NCBI RefSeq assembly: GCF_000010065.1
Contig: NC_006576.1
Span: forward strand, 510,001 to 542,000
Length of the DNA stretch: 32,000 nt
Reading direction: 5' to 3'
Source: Synechococcus elongatus PCC 6301
GTDB lineage: Bacteria; Cyanobacteriota; Cyanobacteriia; Synechococcales; Synechococcaceae
The stretch's first letter is position 1, and the number at the start of each line of letters is the position of its first letter. Made by a program: the position numbers and the translations under genes. This document shows, in pieces, positions 30,031-32,000 of the stretch. The notes beneath the pieces were generated by a model. The model saw only the letters and a program-made list of their open reading frames with translations, made no database searches and had not been told where the DNA came from.

Positions 30031-31326
30031 TTAGAGGGTCAGGCTTTCGGGGCGGTTTTCAATCAGGTCGGCCAAGTCCTTGAGGAAGGCAGCCGCATGA
30101 GCGCCGTAGATGTGGCGGTGATCACAGGTGAGGTTAACTTGCATCTGCCGCTTGACGCCAAACAGACCGTCAGCCGTGGCCACGAGGGTCGGTTTGGAAG
30201 CCCCAATCGCCAGAATCGCACCGGTGCCCGGCGGCAGAATCGCATCGAAGCGATCGACACCAAACATCCCTAGATTGGAGAGGGTAAAGGTGCCGGTGGT
30301 GTATTCCTCGGGTTTGAGTTGCTTGGTGCGCGATCGCGCCACGAGATCCTTCCAGTTGCGAGCCAAGCTATAGAGATCGGTTTGATCAGCACGACCCAGT
30401 ACGGGGGTCAGCAGACCGCCATCATCCATAGCCACCGCGATCGCCACGTTGATGGCTTCGTTGTACTGGACGCCAGTTTCTGTCACCCGAGCATTGAGCA
30501 AGGGATGCTTGGCGAGGGTTGCAGCGACGGCTTTGGCCAGCAAAACCGTGATTGTCACGCCTTTGGGCTTGAGCTGCTTGGCCAAACTATCGATCGCATC
30601 GGTGGTGATCGTGTAACCGACGCGGTAGACCGGCACGTTGAGGCTCGCTTCCATGTTGCGAACCACGGCCTGCTGGAAGGTGCTGTAGGGCACGAACTGA
30701 CCCGGCGCGATCGCGGGAGTTGGCGCGGGGGCAGCAGGAGCCGTAGCAACGGGAGCAGCAACCGGTGCGGTGACAACGGCAGGAGCCACAGGGGTAGCGA
30801 TCGCGGGTTTGGCAGTAACTCCTGCGGCGGCTTCGACATCGGCTGCCACAATTCGACCGTGGGGACCACTGCCGGTAAGGCTACCGAGGTCAACGCCCAA
30901 GCTCTTGGCGAGTTTTTTGGCACGCGGGGAGGCAACCAAGCGATCGCTGCGGGTTGCTGTAGGAGCAGCGACAGGTTCAGGGCTCACAGCGACGGGTTCG
31001 GGTGCCGCCGTAGCAGCAGGGGTTGCAGGGGTCGCTGCAGCGGAACCAGCACCGGCTGCCTGTTGCTTCGCAACTTCAATTTCGGCTTCAGTTTCTGCAA
31101 TCAGAGCGATCGCTTCGCCCACGGGAGCATTGCCGCCTGCCGGCACAATAATCGTCGCGAGGTAGCCTTCATAGAAAGATTCCACGTCCATGTCGGCTTT
31201 GTCCGACTCGACGATCAGGACTGTTTCACCTTTCTCGACACGATCGCCCGGAGCCTTCACCCACTCGACGATCTTGCCCTCGGTCATAGTGGAGCTGAGG
31301 GCGGGCATGAAGACTTCGTGGATCAT
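30031..31326 (-). CDS. pdhC: Pyruvate dehydrogenase E2, dihydrolipoamide acetyltransferase
   Basis: Lipoyl domain (VEKGETVLIVESDKADMDVESF), peripheral-subunit-binding domain (VASPRAKKLAKSLGVDLGSLTGSGPHGRIVAADVEA), Pro/Ala linkers, catalytic domain ending DHRHIYGAHAAAFL. Confidence 0.95.
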   Translation of the reverse strand: MIHEVFMPALSSTMTEGKIVEWVKAPGDRVEKGETVLIVESDKADMDVESFYEGYLATIIVPAGGNAPVGEAIALIAETEAEIEVAKQQAAGAGSAAATPATPAATAAPEPVAVSPEPVAAPTATRSDRLVASPRAKKLAKSLGVDLGSLTGSGPHGRIVAADVEAAAGVTAKPAIATPVAPAVVTAPVAAPVATAPAAPAPTPAIAPGQFVPYSTFQQAVVRNMEASLNVPVYRVGYTITTDAIDSLAKQLKPKGVTITVLLAKAVAATLAKHPLLNARVTETGVQYNEAINVAIAVAMDDGGLLTPVLGRADQTDLYSLARNWKDLVARSRTKQLKPEEYTTGTFTLSNLGMFGVDRFDAILPPGTGAILAIGASKPTLVATADGLFGVKRQMQVNLTCDHRHIYGAHAAAFLKDLADLIENRPESLTL

Positions 31327-31521
31327 GAGCGAGTTCCGAAGGGGTAGCGCAGCAAACGTCCGCCAACCGGCGGTTCAATCAACAGCCGATCTTATCGCGA
31401 GCCGTGGTCCGGACTAGTGGCGATCGCTGCAGATTTTCGCGAAGGGCAATCGCGCTAGGTACCAACCCAAAGGAAGAGGGTATAGGGCAGTAGGAGGCTC
31501 CTGTCGCCAGATTAAGGTCAG

Positions 31522-32000
31522 TTAGTGAAAGCGGACGGTGGCTCGCGGACGGAAGGGGGTTTGCAGTGAGGTGCAGGCATCGATAAAGGCAGCCAAAATG
31601 GTCACCAGCAAAATGAATTCGCGATCGCTGGTGCCAATCGCCACATTGTGCTCATCGAAGACTTGCTCCAGCGGTAGCCAGAGCGGATTTCGGCGAGCAG
31701 CTTGATAGGACTTGGCGAGGCGCTTTTGGTGGCGGGCTTCGCTCAGGTTGGTGTCACTGGCACTGTGGGCAAAGTCATTGCGAACGGCCCGAATGCCATG
31801 CAGGGCTTTCTCGACTGTGGGATCCAGTAAGCCGAGCCGAGCTGCGAGAGTAATCTTGGCGGCAAAGCTGCCCAGGGAGCGATCGGGGGTGAAGAGAACG
31901 TCTTCTTCATCGCCAAGGGGAGCCATGACGGATTGCAACAGGCGTTCGAGGGCCAGATCTAAACGGGCAGCACCAACAAGGACGACACCGCGGCCCCGTT
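31522..32000 (-). CDS. MltR-like protein (partial; continues beyond the window end)
   Basis: The frame is open beyond the track start at 31938 (a TTG) to base 32000: RGRGVVLVGAARLDLALERLLQSVMAPLG...RSLGSFAAKITLAARLGLLDPTVEKALHGIRAVRNDFAHS. Confidence 0.65.
   Translation of the reverse strand, partial: RGRGVVLVGAARLDLALERLLQSVMAPLGDEEDVLFTPDRSLGSFAAKITLAARLGLLDPTVEKALHGIRAVRNDFAHSASDTNLSEARHQKRLAKSYQAARRNPLWLPLEQVFDEHNVAIGTSDREFILLVTILAAFIDACTSLQTPFRPRATVRFH

Noticed and set aside
30319-31347. 342-aa plus-strand ORF antisense to pdhC
   Set aside because: Mirror ORF on a GC-rich Ala/Pro-rich gene. The opposite strand has unambiguous lipoyl, binding and catalytic domains; the antisense product has no recognisable domain.
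1-32000. CRISPR array, toxin-antitoxin, restriction, retron or other defence system
   Set aside because: No regularly spaced direct repeats, no Cas/RT/REase/transposase-like proteins; genes are mainly housekeeping. The GCGATCGC repeats are scattered HIP1 sites, not an array.
1-32000. tRNA, rRNA or known cyanobacterial sRNA (e.g. Yfr1)
   Set aside because: No cloverleaf or rRNA sequence was spotted in the intergenic regions, and no ACUCCUCACAC Yfr1-type motif was recognised. This was by eye; tRNAscan-SE and Infernal would be decisive.

Overview
The window looks like a conserved chromosomal segment of a unicellular cyanobacterium. Gene content, order and many GCGATCGC (HIP1) palindromes recall Synechococcus elongatus PCC 7942/6301; this assignment is from memory, with no search run. 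Confident or likely genes, left to right: the 3' end of anmK (partial), a SAM methyltransferase, a small membrane protein, a MidA-type methyltransferase, a TPM/Psb32-like protein, clpB, petE (plastocyanin), an NAD-dependent epimerase, hemE, glgB, a small secreted protein with a 27-aa Cys/Tyr repeat, a GT2 glycosyltransferase, pacL-type Ca2+ P-ATPase, ktrA/ktrB-like K+ transport genes, recG, several hypotheticals (DUF3067-like, YbjN-like, OB-fold-like/coiled-coil), rph, a BtuR/CobO-like protein lacking the Walker A motif, a bifunctional-nuclease family protein, a ferredoxin-domain aldo/keto reductase, a secreted hypothetical, the PDH E2 gene, and an MltR-like gene running off the right edge. 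I found no CRISPR array, tRNA/rRNA, transposase, prophage or defence island. No new multi-gene system is evident. The better leads are non-coding or small-scale: an imperfect 60-70 bp repeat flanking the aldo/keto reductase locus, a structured element just upstream of it, an internal RBS/GTG start in clpB, paired palindromes in the rph/BtuR-like divergent promoter, a 0.9 kb AT-rich gap upstream of pacL, the P-loop-less BtuR-like protein, and an exact-period 81-bp coding repeat.
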